Shown: in pieces, positions 39,344 to 49,292 of the stretch
How positions within the stretch are numbered: position 1 is the first letter of the stretch
Layout of the letters: the number at the start of each line of letters is the position of its first letter
Assembly (NCBI GenBank): GCA_045807285.1
Contig: JBJMHR010000013.1
Span: forward strand, 358,770 to 422,769
Direction: 5' to 3'
From: Actinomycetes bacterium
Lineage (GTDB): Bacteria > Actinomycetota > Actinomycetes > JAWWOW01
Length of the DNA: 64,000 nucleotides
Made by a program: the position numbers and the translations under genes
The notes under the pieces: generated by a model
Databases searched by the model: none
What the model was told of the DNA's origin: nothing
What the model saw: only the letters and a program-made list of their open reading frames with translations

Positions 39344-40236
39344 TGTGCGGTCAGGGTAAACAACCGGGCGGCGTTCTCCCAAAAGACCGCGCGCAGCCAG
39401 TTCTCTCCGAGGTCGAGGCGCGCCAACGCTTCCAGCTGGTGCGCGTAGGAGTATGGGATGTTCGGGTAGTCGGTGCCGAACAACAACCGCTGACGCAGGT
39501 CCGTCAACTTGCCGAGGAGCCGTGGCGACGGAGCCTGCCCACGCATCGTGAAGTCGGTGAACGCCATCGTTGTGTCGAACATCACGTTGGGATACGCATC
39601 AGCGAGCGCGAGAAACCCGTCGTACTCCGGCAGCCCGAGATGAGCGATGACCGCGGCGAGCTCAGGATGCGCGCGCATGACCTCCGTGAACCGCTCGGGT
39701 CCGGTGAAACGTCCGGGCACCGGCCCTGAACCAGCATGCACGATGACCGGCACGTGCAATTCCGCCAGCAGACCCCACACATCGTCGAGCAGCGGATCAC
39801 GCGGGTCGTAGTCCCCAACCTGGATGTGCGCCTTGAAGACCCGTGCACCGTCAGCGATAGCCGCCTCGACGTACGACGGCGCGCTGGGTTCCGGGTAGAA
39901 CGTCGCCGTGTGCAGGCAGTCCGGCGTACGTCGGGCGAACTCGACCGCCCATCCGTTCAGCCACTCCGCCATCCCTGGCTTGTGCGGGTAGACGAGCGCA
40001 GTGAACGCACGCACGCCCATGGCCCGGAGCCGCGACAGCCGCTCGTCCTCGTCGTACCGATAGTTGATCGGCCACTCGCGTTTTATCAGCGGGCCAGCCG
40101 ACTCGAAGTGCTCCCACACGCGTTCCATCAGCCGACCCGGCATGAAGTGCGTGTGTACGTCGATGAGACCGGGCAGGCCGAGCGCGTCGAGATAGGTCGG
40201 CACGTCGACGTCGGCGATCGGTGCTGCGATGGTCAA
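39340..40236 (-). CDS. Amidohydrolase-2 family protein
   Basis: LIDVHTHF metal-binding start of TIM barrel; TTG start overlapping upstream TGA (TTGA). Confidence 0.75.
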   Translation of the reverse strand: MTIAAPIADVDVPTYLDALGLPGLIDVHTHFMPGRLMERVWEHFESAGPLIKREWPINYRYDEDERLSRLRAMGVRAFTALVYPHKPGMAEWLNGWAVEFARRTPDCLHTATFYPEPSAPSYVEAAIADGARVFKAHIQVGDYDPRDPLLDDVWGLLAELHVPVIVHAGSGPVPGRFTGPERFTEVMRAHPELAAVIAHLGLPEYDGFLALADAYPNVMFDTTMAFTDFTMRGQAPSPRLLGKLTDLRQRLLFGTDYPNIPYSYAHQLEALARLDLGENWLRAVFWENAARLFTLTAQ

Positions 40237-41093
40237 GGTTGTGGCAGCCCGATCGGGTTGAAGTCGACGAGCGGCGCAGCCAGGACCCGCGCGAGTGGCG
40301 TCAGCAGCTCGATCAGGCGCTGCGTGCCGGCCGCGCCGAGCTGGCGCCATGGTGCGAGTGCAGCACGATCGGTGGCGGTCTCGATCGCGTCATGGTGCGC
40401 CTCACCGTCCGCGGTCGGCTTGCCCTCCGCGTCGAGCCAGCCTCGGTCCACCAGCCGCGCGTGCGCCGCGACCCACTCGTCGTCGGTCCAGCCACGGTTG
40501 GGCTGCAGGTGGTCGCGCACGAGGTCGTACGACGCGCGCCACACGAGCGCTTCGCAACCGCTCACGTCGGCGGCCACCTGTGCAGCGACGTGCCCGTCAC
40601 CGCGGTGTTCGCGCAGAATCGTCGTGGCCTGCCAGATCCGCGGCCAGTCCCCGGTAGTCCTCGCAAGCGCGGCATTCGCGGCGCCGAGAACCCGCCCCGC
40701 ACAGTCCACGTTGGCGGTAGCAGCGCCGAGCAGGTCGGCGATCTCCGCCCGTGACACAGCGTCCACGTCGGTGAGCATCGACCCAAGCGCCGCGACTGCG
40801 CCCGCCATCCGCACGTGCAACGCATCCGCCGGCGAGATCCGGGTCCACACGTCGGGCACGGCGCGCGCCACCATCTGCGGCGCAAAACTGAAGAAGGACG
40901 CAACGACCGGTGCCGCCTCGACGGCCCCGAGCGGTGCCGCGCGGCCGGCGAAGTACCCCCGCCAGAAGCCGCGCAGCCCGGCATCCTCGAACGCGCTGCG
41001 CGCCTGCGGTGTGAAGTACGTCACGACATGGATCGGCTCGTAGAGCGACCACATGTGTCGCGCAAGCGCTGGATCCGTGACTGAGACGTTCAT
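40233..41093 (-). CDS. SCO6745-family hypothetical protein
   Basis: MNVSVTDPALARHMWSLYEPIHVVTYFTPQARSAFEDAGLRGFWRGYFAGRAAPLG matches the conserved N-terminus of this actinobacterial family as recalled. Confidence 0.55.
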   Translation of the reverse strand: MNVSVTDPALARHMWSLYEPIHVVTYFTPQARSAFEDAGLRGFWRGYFAGRAAPLGAVEAAPVVASFFSFAPQMVARAVPDVWTRISPADALHVRMAGAVAALGSMLTDVDAVSRAEIADLLGAATANVDCAGRVLGAANAALARTTGDWPRIWQATTILREHRGDGHVAAQVAADVSGCEALVWRASYDLVRDHLQPNRGWTDDEWVAAHARLVDRGWLDAEGKPTADGEAHHDAIETATDRAALAPWRQLGAAGTQRLIELLTPLARVLAAPLVDFNPIGLPQP

Positions 41094-41125
41094 GACAGGG
41101 CACGCTAACCGACTAGCCAACCGAG

Positions 41126-42358
41126 GTGGGACCGGTGAGGCTAGGGCGGGTGACGCGTTCGTCGTACGCCGCTCTGCTGCGCCTCCCGTCGGTGCGCTGG
41201 CTGTTGGCGTCATCGATCGTCGCGCGCGTACCGATCGGAATGGAGACGCTGGCAATCGTCCTGGCGGTCACTCATTCGGGTGGTTCGTACACCCGCGCGG
41301 GCGCCGTCACGGCAACGCTCGTGTGTACGACTGGCATCGCGCATCCGGTGTTCGGTCGAGCTGCCGACCGGTTCGGACGGCGGCACATCCTTCGCGGCAT
41401 GGCGGTGGTCAACGCCGGTGCCGCGATCGGTCTCGCTTTCGCCGTCACCGCGTCAACACCATGGCTGTTCGCGGCAGCCGCGTTGACTGGCTTCTCGAGC
41501 CCGCCCGTCGTGGCTGCGATGCGCGCCGCGTGGTCCGGACTCGTCTCCGGCGAGGCCCGCGAGTCGGCCTATGCGCTCGAGGCGACGACGCAAGAACTCC
41601 AGTTCATCATCGGGCCGATGCTCGTAGCGCTGCTCGCCGCGGCGATCGACCCGCGCGTCTCGGTCGCCGCCATCGGGGTGGTCGCGCTGATCGGCACCCT
41701 TGCGATGACCCACACCGACGCCGTCGAAGCCCGGGAGGAGAGCCACACCAGGGACCGTCGCGGCAGCGCGCTTCGTATCGGCGCACTGCGCCGGTGCATG
41801 CTCACACTCGGACTGATGGTCTTCGCGCTCGCGTGCTGCGAGATCGGCGTGGTGGCCGCCGTGAGCAACGGCAAACAGGCGACCCCGGTCGCCGGCGTCG
41901 CGGTCGCGCTCTGGAGCGTCGGGTCCATGGCCGGCGGCTTCTGGTACGGCAGCCGCCGCGAGCACCGCTACCCTGCCGCCGTCTCGGTCGGCCTCGTCGC
42001 GCTGTCTCTCGTCGTGCTCGCCATTCCCGAGAACCGAGCCGCGCTCGTTTTTCTCCTCGTCGCCGGGGGCGTCACGGTCGCCCCGATGTTCGGTCGGATG
42101 TACGCCGAAGTCAGCACGGTGTCGCCGCCGTGGGTGATCACGGAGGCGTACGGTTGGATTTCTGTGGCCAACCTGACCGGGTCCGCGATCGGTGCCCCAC
42201 TAGGCGGTTATCTCGTGGCCACGGCCAGCCCGCGGCTCGCCTTCCTCGTCAGTGCAGGTGCGGCTGCTCTTGCGGCGGTCGTGGTCACGGGTTTGCGCGC
42301 ACCTGCACCTGCGGTGCACTCTCCCGAGTTCGAGACAGCAGTCAGAACCGGCCCTTAG
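41126..42358 (+). CDS. MFS transporter
   Basis: 12 predicted TM segments, MFS-like layout. Confidence 0.8.
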   Translation: MGPVRLGRVTRSSYAALLRLPSVRWLLASSIVARVPIGMETLAIVLAVTHSGGSYTRAGAVTATLVCTTGIAHPVFGRAADRFGRRHILRGMAVVNAGAAIGLAFAVTASTPWLFAAAALTGFSSPPVVAAMRAAWSGLVSGEARESAYALEATTQELQFIIGPMLVALLAAAIDPRVSVAAIGVVALIGTLAMTHTDAVEAREESHTRDRRGSALRIGALRRCMLTLGLMVFALACCEIGVVAAVSNGKQATPVAGVAVALWSVGSMAGGFWYGSRREHRYPAAVSVGLVALSLVVLAIPENRAALVFLLVAGGVTVAPMFGRMYAEVSTVSPPWVITEAYGWISVANLTGSAIGAPLGGYLVATASPRLAFLVSAGAAALAAVVVTGLRAPAPAVHSPEFETAVRTGP

Positions 42359-42818
42359 CCCGGCGACCGAGCTCCCGCTCGATCTCCCGGCTGGCTTGCC
42401 GCTCAGCAAGCGTCGCGCGCTTGTCGTAGCTCTTCTTGCCTCGTGCGAGCCCGATCTCGACCTTCGCCTTGCCGTCCTTGAAGTACAGCGACAGCGGGAT
42501 CAGCGTGCGACCGCCTTCGCGCGTCTTCCCCACCAGACGTGCGATCTCCTCACGGTGCAACAAGAGCTTGCGCGCGCGACGCGGTTCATGGTTGGTCCAC
42601 GTGCCTTCGGTGTATTCGGGGATGTGCACGTTCTGGAGCCACGCCTCCCCGTCTTTGATGACTGCGAAGCCGTCGACGAGCGAGGCGTGCCCCGCCCGCA
42701 ACGACTTCACTTCGGTGCCCATGAGCACGAGCCCGGCTTCGTACACGTCCTCGATGGCGTAGTCATGGCGCGCACGTCGGTTCTGCGCGATGAGCTTGCG
42801 CCCGGACTCCTTCGGCAA
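42342..42818 (-). CDS. smpB: SsrA-binding protein
   Basis: Full-length SmpB signature ([32 protein letters not shown]...). Confidence 0.95.
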   Translation of the reverse strand: MPKESGRKLIAQNRRARHDYAIEDVYEAGLVLMGTEVKSLRAGHASLVDGFAVIKDGEAWLQNVHIPEYTEGTWTNHEPRRARKLLLHREEIARLVGKTREGGRTLIPLSLYFKDGKAKVEIGLARGKKSYDKRATLAERQASREIERELGRRAKGRF

Positions 42819-42826
42819 CGCGGCGG

Positions 42827-43996
42827 TCAGCCGCGTCCGGCCGCGCCGCTGTCAGCAAGCAGCCCGTGCAAGACCTCGACCGCGCGACTGTCCGCGACCG
42901 AGGGGGAAGCGCCGAACGGCACCTCGACGTCCGGATCGATGCCGACACCGTCGAGCGAGCGGCCGCTCGGCGTGACGTAATGGCCGACGGTCAACTCGAC
43001 GCCACTGCCGTCCGGCAGCTGCGATGGCTCCTGGACCGAACCCTTGCCGAAGCTCTGCGAGCCGACGAGGACGGCCCGGCCGCGGTCCTGCAGTGCACCC
43101 GCGACGACCTCGGCCGCGCTCGCCGTACCCCCGTTCATCAGCACCACAAGCGGTGTATCGGTGTCGCCGTCGCCCGTGGCGCCCATCCGGCGCGGGGCCT
43201 CACCTCGCCGGACGTAAGAGACCACCAAGCCGCCGTCGAGGAACGCCGAGGCAGTGCCCACCGCCTCGTCGAGCAGGCCGCCTGGGTCGTCGCGCAGGTC
43301 CAGGACGATCCCGGTGCTGCCGGCGCCGCGGGCGCGCTCGACCGCGGCCTGCACCTGTCGAGCGACGCCGCGGGTGAATGCAGCGACCCGGATACACACA
43401 ACGCCCGGAGCCAGTCGGTCCACCTCGACGTCGCCATCGACAACCTGCGTACGGCGCAGCCTGTAGTGCCGGCTCGTCGCTCCCTGCCGCACCTCGATGG
43501 TCACGAACGAGCCGGCTTTGCCACGCAACGCAGCGACGACCTCCGCAACGCTGCTGCGCGACACCGGCTGGCCGGCGACGGACACCAGCATGTCGCCGAC
43601 CTGCACACCAGCCTGCGCGGCTGAAGAGCTCGCCTGCACCGACGTGACGACGACGGCACCGTTGGCGGCCCGTCGTACCCAGAGACCGACGCCGCTGTAA
43701 CGACCGTCGAGCACGTCTTGGAAGCTCGCGTACTGCGTCGGGTCGTAGTACGTCGACCATCTGTCGCCCAGTGCGCCGAGCATTCCCTGCACCGCGGCGC
43801 GCTCGAGGTCCGCACGTGAGATCGGGTGTGCAGCGTTCTGCGCGATGTGATCGGCGGCTTGGTCCAGCACGCCTTCGCCATGCGCGTTGGCCGGCTGTTG
43901 TGTGCCGACAACACCGGTGACGACACCGGAGAGGTAAGCCGCGGCAATTGCACCCGCAACGGCAGCGGCGCGCAACCACGGACGAGTCCCGGGCAC
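42827..43996 (-). CDS. S41 family C-terminal processing peptidase with PDZ domain
   Basis: PDZ region plus S41 catalytic region ([14 protein letters not shown]...[11 protein letters not shown]). Confidence 0.85.
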   Translation of the reverse strand: MPGTRPWLRAAAVAGAIAAAYLSGVVTGVVGTQQPANAHGEGVLDQAADHIAQNAAHPISRADLERAAVQGMLGALGDRWSTYYDPTQYASFQDVLDGRYSGVGLWVRRAANGAVVVTSVQASSSAAQAGVQVGDMLVSVAGQPVSRSSVAEVVAALRGKAGSFVTIEVRQGATSRHYRLRRTQVVDGDVEVDRLAPGVVCIRVAAFTRGVARQVQAAVERARGAGSTGIVLDLRDDPGGLLDEAVGTASAFLDGGLVVSYVRRGEAPRRMGATGDGDTDTPLVVLMNGGTASAAEVVAGALQDRGRAVLVGSQSFGKGSVQEPSQLPDGSGVELTVGHYVTPSGRSLDGVGIDPDVEVPFGASPSVADSRAVEVLHGLLADSGAAGRG

Positions 43997-44017
43997 CCCG
44001 TGATTCTAGGCGGGCCG

Positions 44018-44938
44018 TTAAACCCGGGTCGCGCGGGAGAACGAGAGCGTCAGAAAGGCGACGATCGTGGACATCAGCACGCCGATGGCCAGCACTTCGA
44101 TCCCGACGGTGCTCACGTCGCCCCACCCGACGGCGGGGCCGCGGGTGAACACCAGTGCTTTGTTCAGCTGGCCGTGTACGACCACGCTCTCGATGAGGGC
44201 CACTCCCCCGACCGCGAGCAGGCCGCCGATGAGCCCGGCAATCGCACCTTCGAGCAGGAACGGCAGCTCGATGTAGAGGTTGGACGCACCGACGAGCCGC
44301 ATGATCCCGATCTCACGCCGACGGCTGAAGACCGCGATCCGGATCGTGTTGACGATCAGTGCGACCGCAGCGAGCAGCACGCCGACCGCTGTTCCGATGG
44401 CGATGTTGCGGAACGCCTGCAGCACCCGGAAAAGCGGCGCCAACAGCTTGCGTTCGTCCTGTACGGCGAAGACGCCGGGCTGGCCGGTCAGGGCGCTGAT
44501 CAGCACGTCCGCCTTCTGCGGATCCTTGAGCTTGACCCGGAACGACTCGGGCAACGTATCCGGCGTCAGGCTGTTGAGCAGGGCCGGAATGTCCTTGAAC
44601 TGCACCTTGGCGCGCTGATAGGCCTGCTGCTTGCTCTCGTAGTAGACCCGCTCGACCTGCGGCAACGCCACGATCTCGCTGCTGATCTGGTTGCGCTGCG
44701 CATCGGTGACTGCGTGGTTGTTGCAGGGCGCTTCCTGGTCCGTGTCGGCGCACAGCTGCACGGTGACCTGGATCTTGTCGTACCAGTAACCCTTGAAGTG
44801 GTTCACCTGGCGGCTCAGCATCAAAGCGGCGCCGACCAGAATGAGCGAGACCGCGACCGTGACGACCACGGCGAGCGTCAACGTGATGTTGCGACGCAGC
44901 CCGAGAAACATCTCGGACATGACAAGACGAAGTCGCAT
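44018..44938 (-). CDS. ftsX: Cell division ABC transporter permease FtsX
   Basis: FtsX topology and conserved C-terminal TM bundle. Confidence 0.9.
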   Translation of the reverse strand: MRLRLVMSEMFLGLRRNITLTLAVVVTVAVSLILVGAALMLSRQVNHFKGYWYDKIQVTVQLCADTDQEAPCNNHAVTDAQRNQISSEIVALPQVERVYYESKQQAYQRAKVQFKDIPALLNSLTPDTLPESFRVKLKDPQKADVLISALTGQPGVFAVQDERKLLAPLFRVLQAFRNIAIGTAVGVLLAAVALIVNTIRIAVFSRRREIGIMRLVGASNLYIELPFLLEGAIAGLIGGLLAVGGVALIESVVVHGQLNKALVFTRGPAVGWGDVSTVGIEVLAIGVLMSTIVAFLTLSFSRATRV

Positions 44939-44958
44939 GCGGCGTGATCCTCGGAGCT

Positions 44959-45648
44959 CTAGTGGCTGTAGCCGTAGACGCCACGTGACTGGTCGCGGAC
45001 GACGTGGCCGCCTTCGAGCTCGACCACTCGCCTGCGCATCGAGTCGACGATCGCGGCGTCGTGTGTTGCCATCACAACGGTGGTGCCGACACGGTTGATC
45101 CGGTCGAGCAGTTTCATGATGCCGACGCTTGTCGCCGGGTCAAGGTTCCCCGTGGGCTCGTCGGCGAGCAGGATCATCGGCCGGTTGACGAACGCACGCG
45201 CGATCGCGACCCGCTGCTGCTCACCACCCGACAGCTCGTCCGGCATGCGCTCGCCCTTGCCCTGCAACCCGACGAGCTGCAGCACCTCGGGCACAACTTT
45301 CACGATGTGGTGACGCGGCCGCCCGATCACCTCGAGCGCGAATGCGACGTTCTCCGAAACGGTCTTCGTGGGCAGCAGCCGGAAGTCCTGGAACACGGTG
45401 CCGATCTGGCGGCGCAGGCCGGGCACCTTCCAGCTCGCGAGCCGGGCCAGGTCCTTGCCGGCGACGTGGATCGTCCCCTTCGACGCCTTCTCCTCACGCA
45501 GCACCAGGCGTAGGAAGGTCGACTTACCCGAGCCCGACTGGCCGACAAGGAAGACGAACTCGCCCTTCTGCACCTCGACCGAGACGCTGTCGAGAGCCGG
45601 GCGGGTCTGCGTCGGGTATTGCTTGGTGACGCGGTCGAGTCGGATCAC
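44959..45648 (-). CDS. ftsE: Cell division ATP-binding protein FtsE
   Basis: Walker [13 protein letters not shown] signature LSGGEQQR, Walker B LLADEPT. Confidence 0.95.
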   Translation of the reverse strand: MIRLDRVTKQYPTQTRPALDSVSVEVQKGEFVFLVGQSGSGKSTFLRLVLREEKASKGTIHVAGKDLARLASWKVPGLRRQIGTVFQDFRLLPTKTVSENVAFALEVIGRPRHHIVKVVPEVLQLVGLQGKGERMPDELSGGEQQRVAIARAFVNRPMILLADEPTGNLDPATSVGIMKLLDRINRVGTTVVMATHDAAIVDSMRRRVVELEGGHVVRDQSRGVYGYSH

Positions 45649-45823
45649 CTGGCTGCCCCGGGGGCGGCAACTGCCATCACGGCAGCGAGTCTAGGGGCCG
45701 CGACTGTGCGTCTCCTGCAGCTCCGCCGGGTGTCACCCGTTATCTACCGAGACCTCCAGGAAGGTTTCACTCGTGCCGACACAGACGATCTGGGAAGATG
45801 AGTAGCAAGAAAGGGGCGACCGG

Positions 45824-46009
45824 ATGAGCTGCGAGCATTTGATCTGCGCGCAGTGCGCCGGGCCCGTCGCCGAGGGCCGGTGCACGGTCTGCCGTGCTGC
45901 CCGCGCGGATCTGCACGTTCACGGCCCCAATTGGTCCGTGTCGATGCTCGCGTTCATGGGCGTACTTTTGGTGCTTCTGCTGGCGCTCGCGCTGCACATG
46001 CATCCCTGA
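45824..46009 (+). CDS. Small zinc-ribbon (CxxC...CxxC) protein with C-terminal TM helix, 61 aa
   Basis: MSCEHLICAQCAGPVAEGRCTVCRAAR then hydrophobic LAFMGVLLVLLLALAL; GAAAGGGG 7 nt upstream of ATG. Confidence 0.45.
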   Translation: MSCEHLICAQCAGPVAEGRCTVCRAARADLHVHGPNWSVSMLAFMGVLLVLLLALALHMHP

Positions 46010-46015
46010 CCCGCG

Positions 46016-47116
46016 TCAGCCCTCCGCCTGCCGCCGCCACCGGATCTCGGCTTCGATGAAGTCGTCGATGTCGCCGTCGAGTACGGCGGTCGTGTTGCCG
46101 GTCTCCACATCGGTGCGGGCGTCCTTCACGAGTTGATACGGGTGCAGCACGTAGTCGCGCACCTTGTTCTCGCCTGCACCGAAGCTCGCCGACATGTGCG
46201 ACCCACGCAGCTTGTCGATCTCTTCCGCCTCTTCGCGACGGCGTAGCTCGAGCAGCTTGGCCTGCAGCACCTCGAATGCACGCGCGCGGTTTTGGAGCTG
46301 GCTGCGTTCGTTCTGGCAGGTGACAACGAGCCCGGTCGGCAGATGCGTGAGGCGTACGGCGGAGTCGGTGGTGTTGACGCCTTGACCGCCCGGCCCGCTG
46401 GACCGATAGACGTCGACCCGCACTTCCTCTTCCGGGATGTCAATGTGGTCGGTCTGCTCAACAACCGGCGTGACGTCGACGTCGGCGAAGGAAGTCTGCC
46501 GCCGAGACTGGTTGTCGAACGGTGAGATCCGCACGAGACGGTGACGTCCGTGCTCACCCGCCAAAGTTCCATACGCATAAGGAGTTTTCACGACGAACGT
46601 CGCCGACTTGATGCCGGCCTCCTCGGCGTATGACGTGTCGTAGACCTCGGTCGGATAGCCATGGCGCTCAGCCCAGCGCAGGAACATCCGAAGCAGCATC
46701 TCCGCCCAGTCGGCCGCGTCGGTGCCACCGGTGCCCGAGTTGATCGTGACGAGCGCATCGCGGGCGTCGTACTCACCGGCGAGCAGGGTGCGCACTTCGA
46801 GAGCTTCGATGTCGCGGCGGAGATTCGGCAGGTCGTCGACGCCTTCGCGCAACAGTTCGTCGTCGCCGAGCTCAACAGCGGCGGTGAGGTCGTCGACCCG
46901 CCGCCGAAGGGCTTCGAGCCGACCGAGGTCAGCGCGGAGGTGCGACATCTTGCTGGTGACCTGTTGCGCGCGCTCCTGGTCGTTCCAGAGATCGGGGTCG
47001 GCCGCTTGCCGCTCGACCTCGGCGAGGTCGGTCTGCATCCTGGCGGGGTCGAGGACAGTCTCGATCGACGTCAGCGTCGCGTCGAGGTCCTTCGCTTCCT
47101 CGGCCGGATCGGGCAC
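46016..47116 (-). CDS. prfB: Peptide chain release factor 2
   Basis: SPF...GGQ motif [23 protein letters not shown]; GTG 47116 chosen by alignment to actinobacterial RF2 N-terminus; ORF is continuous. Confidence 0.9.
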   Translation of the reverse strand: MPDPAEEAKDLDATLTSIETVLDPARMQTDLAEVERQAADPDLWNDQERAQQVTSKMSHLRADLGRLEALRRRVDDLTAAVELGDDELLREGVDDLPNLRRDIEALEVRTLLAGEYDARDALVTINSGTGGTDAADWAEMLLRMFLRWAERHGYPTEVYDTSYAEEAGIKSATFVVKTPYAYGTLAGEHGRHRLVRISPFDNQSRRQTSFADVDVTPVVEQTDHIDIPEEEVRVDVYRSSGPGGQGVNTTDSAVRLTHLPTGLVVTCQNERSQLQNRARAFEVLQAKLLELRRREEAEEIDKLRGSHMSASFGAGENKVRDYVLHPYQLVKDARTDVETGNTTAVLDGDIDDFIEAEIRWRRQAEG

Positions 47117-47221
47117 GGCGTCGAGGGTAGCCGGACCGGACCTGTCGGGCAGCGGACAAAGCCACGCAATCCTCACGCAACCGTGCGCAGGCAAGATCGC
47201 CCTGACGAAGGAGGGGTCGTC

Positions 47222-48269
47222 AATGTGGGTGCTGACCGCTGCTGATCTGCGCATACGGTTGCGGCAGTTCGCCATCGCCACGATCGGCACGGCCCTCGTC
47301 TTCGCCATCGCGTTGGTGGTTGCCGGGGTCGCCGGCGGGTTCCGCGCAGAGACCAAACACACCGTGGAGAGCATCGGCGCAGACGGTTTCGTCGTGCCTG
47401 CCGGCTCGGGCGGGCCGTTCTCGAGTGTTTCGGTCCTGCCCTCGTCGTTGGTAGACCAAGTACGACGGCTGCCGGGAGTGACGCAGGCGGCGCCGGTTCT
47501 CGTCTTCCAGCAACGGCTGCGAACAACGCACGGTTTCGTCTACGGCCCCGTGATCGGCGGACCGACGAGCGGGCTCGGCACGCCTCCGATCAAGGGTTTG
47601 CGGCCGCTGCGCCACGGCGAGGCCGTCGTCGACGACCTGACGAAGGTGCAGGTCGGTGAGGCCTTCAGCGTCGGGTCGGTCACGTTGCATGCGGTTGCCA
47701 AGGTGCACGGCTTCTCGATGCTGGGGGGCCTACCCGCCGTTTACCTCACCCTCGGTGACGCGCGCGCGATCGCGTTCAGCGGCCGCGATGTCGAGACGAC
47801 GGTAGCGTTTCGCGGTCATCCGAGGTCCGTGCCGGCCACCCTTCGCGTGTACACGAACCAGCAAGCACGCAGCGACGTCCTCAACCGGCTTGGCAGCGCG
47901 GTCAGCACGATAGACACATTGCAGCGCATGCTGTTCGTTGTCGGCGCCGTCATCATCGGCGCTGTCGTCTACCTGTCCTCGCTCGAGCGCCGCCGCGATT
48001 TCGCCGTGCTGAAGGCGGTCGGCTCTTCGTCGAGGTGGTTGTACGCCGGACTGGCCGCACAAGCAGTGATTGTCGCTGTGTTCGCCGCCGGGCTCGCGGT
48101 CGTGCTGTTGCCGCTGATCGCGACGTTCGTCTCCATTCCGCTGGCGGTGCCGTCGTACCAGTACTACGCGCTGCCTGGTGTGGCCGTCGTCGTCGGGATG
48201 CTCGCGAGCCTCGCCGGCCTACGTCAGGCCATCCGCGTCGACCCAGCTCAAGCGTTTGCGAACACGTGA
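47222..48269 (+). CDS. ABC transporter permease (FtsX/MacB-like)
   Basis: GAAGGAGGGG before ATG 47222; N-terminal TM, extracytoplasmic domain, C-terminal 3-TM bundle. Confidence 0.8.
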
Positions 48270-49276
48270 TGGGCCAGCCGGCGACGCCTGCAGGGATCGA
48301 GGTGCGCAACCTCACCGTCGAGTTTGCGAGCGGTGACTACGTCGTGCGTCCACTCGACGGGCTCTGGCTCGACGCGGCTGACGGCGAGCTCGTCATCTTG
48401 CTCGGCCCGAGTGGGTCGGGCAAGACGACGCTGCTCTCGGTGTTAGCGGGGATCCTGCGTCCGACCGCCGGCATGGTGTCTGTGTGCGGGCGCAACCCGT
48501 CCCGCCTCACGCCGCAGGAACTCACCGACTACCGACGGCACACCGTCGGCATCGTGTTCCAAGGCTTCAACCTCATCGCCAGCCTGTCCGCGCGCGAGAA
48601 CGCGGCCGTACCGCTGCGGTTGGCCGGCGTACATGGGCGTGCTGCGCGCAAGCGCGCCGACGAACTGCTGGCCTTGGTCGACCTGTCGACGCGTGCGCAC
48701 CACCGGCCGGGCCGGATGTCCGGCGGACAGCAGCAGCGGGTGGCGATCGCGCGGGCGCTCGCGCTCGATCCTCCTGTCCTGCTGGCGGACGAACCGACCG
48801 CGCACCTCGACCACCTGCAGGTCGAGGGCGTCATCACGCTGCTGCGCAGCCTCGCCGCTCCTGGCCGCACGGTGCTCGTGTCGACGCACGACGACCGGAT
48901 GATCCCGTTCGCCGACCGCGTCGTGGAGCTCGCACCCAGGCTCGACGCAAGCGTCGAGTCGCCACATGACCTCGAGCTCGCGAAGGGTGAAGTCTTGTTC
49001 GAGCAGGGCAGCCGCGGTCAGCTTGTCTACGTCCTCGAGTCCGGCCGGGTCGACCTGTTCCGACTCCGCGCCGACGGCAGCGAAGAAGCGGTGAAGTCCG
49101 TCAAGCCCGGCGAGTACTTCGGCGAGATGGGCCCGATCATGGGCGTCCCGCGCAGCGCAACCGCCCGCGCGGCCGTCAAGTCCACGCTGACGGCGTACTC
49201 CGTGCGCGACTTCCGCCATCGGGCCGGTGCCGATCACCGCGAAGCGGTTCGCGCGGAGGGCGACCCGGTGCGGTAG
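48269..49276 (+). CDS. ABC transporter ATP-binding protein with C-terminal cyclic-nucleotide-binding (CAP effector) domain
   Basis: Walker A GPSGSGKTT, signature MSGGQQQR, Walker B LLADEPT; C-terminal GEVLFEQGSRGQLVYVLESGRVDL...GEYFGEMG cNMP-binding pattern; TGATG overlap with permease stop. Confidence 0.85.
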   Translation: MGQPATPAGIEVRNLTVEFASGDYVVRPLDGLWLDAADGELVILLGPSGSGKTTLLSVLAGILRPTAGMVSVCGRNPSRLTPQELTDYRRHTVGIVFQGFNLIASLSARENAAVPLRLAGVHGRAARKRADELLALVDLSTRAHHRPGRMSGGQQQRVAIARALALDPPVLLADEPTAHLDHLQVEGVITLLRSLAAPGRTVLVSTHDDRMIPFADRVVELAPRLDASVESPHDLELAKGEVLFEQGSRGQLVYVLESGRVDLFRLRADGSEEAVKSVKPGEYFGEMGPIMGVPRSATARAAVKSTLTAYSVRDFRHRAGADHREAVRAEGDPVR

Positions 49277-49292
49277 GACGGTCGCGACGCAG

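Noticed and set aside
39736-41043. 435-aa plus-strand ORF
   Set aside because: Antisense to the amidohydrolase and SCO6745-family genes
41053-42429. 458-aa plus-strand Arg-rich ORF
   Set aside because: Out-of-frame overlap with the MFS transporter gene, whose frame gives 12 TM helices
46016-47374. Possible programmed +1 frameshift in prfB
   Set aside because: The RF2 ORF is continuous with no internal in-frame UGA; the extra N-terminal 86 codons in the ORF track are just upstream open frame. Absence of the frameshift site is not unusual enough to flag without comparison
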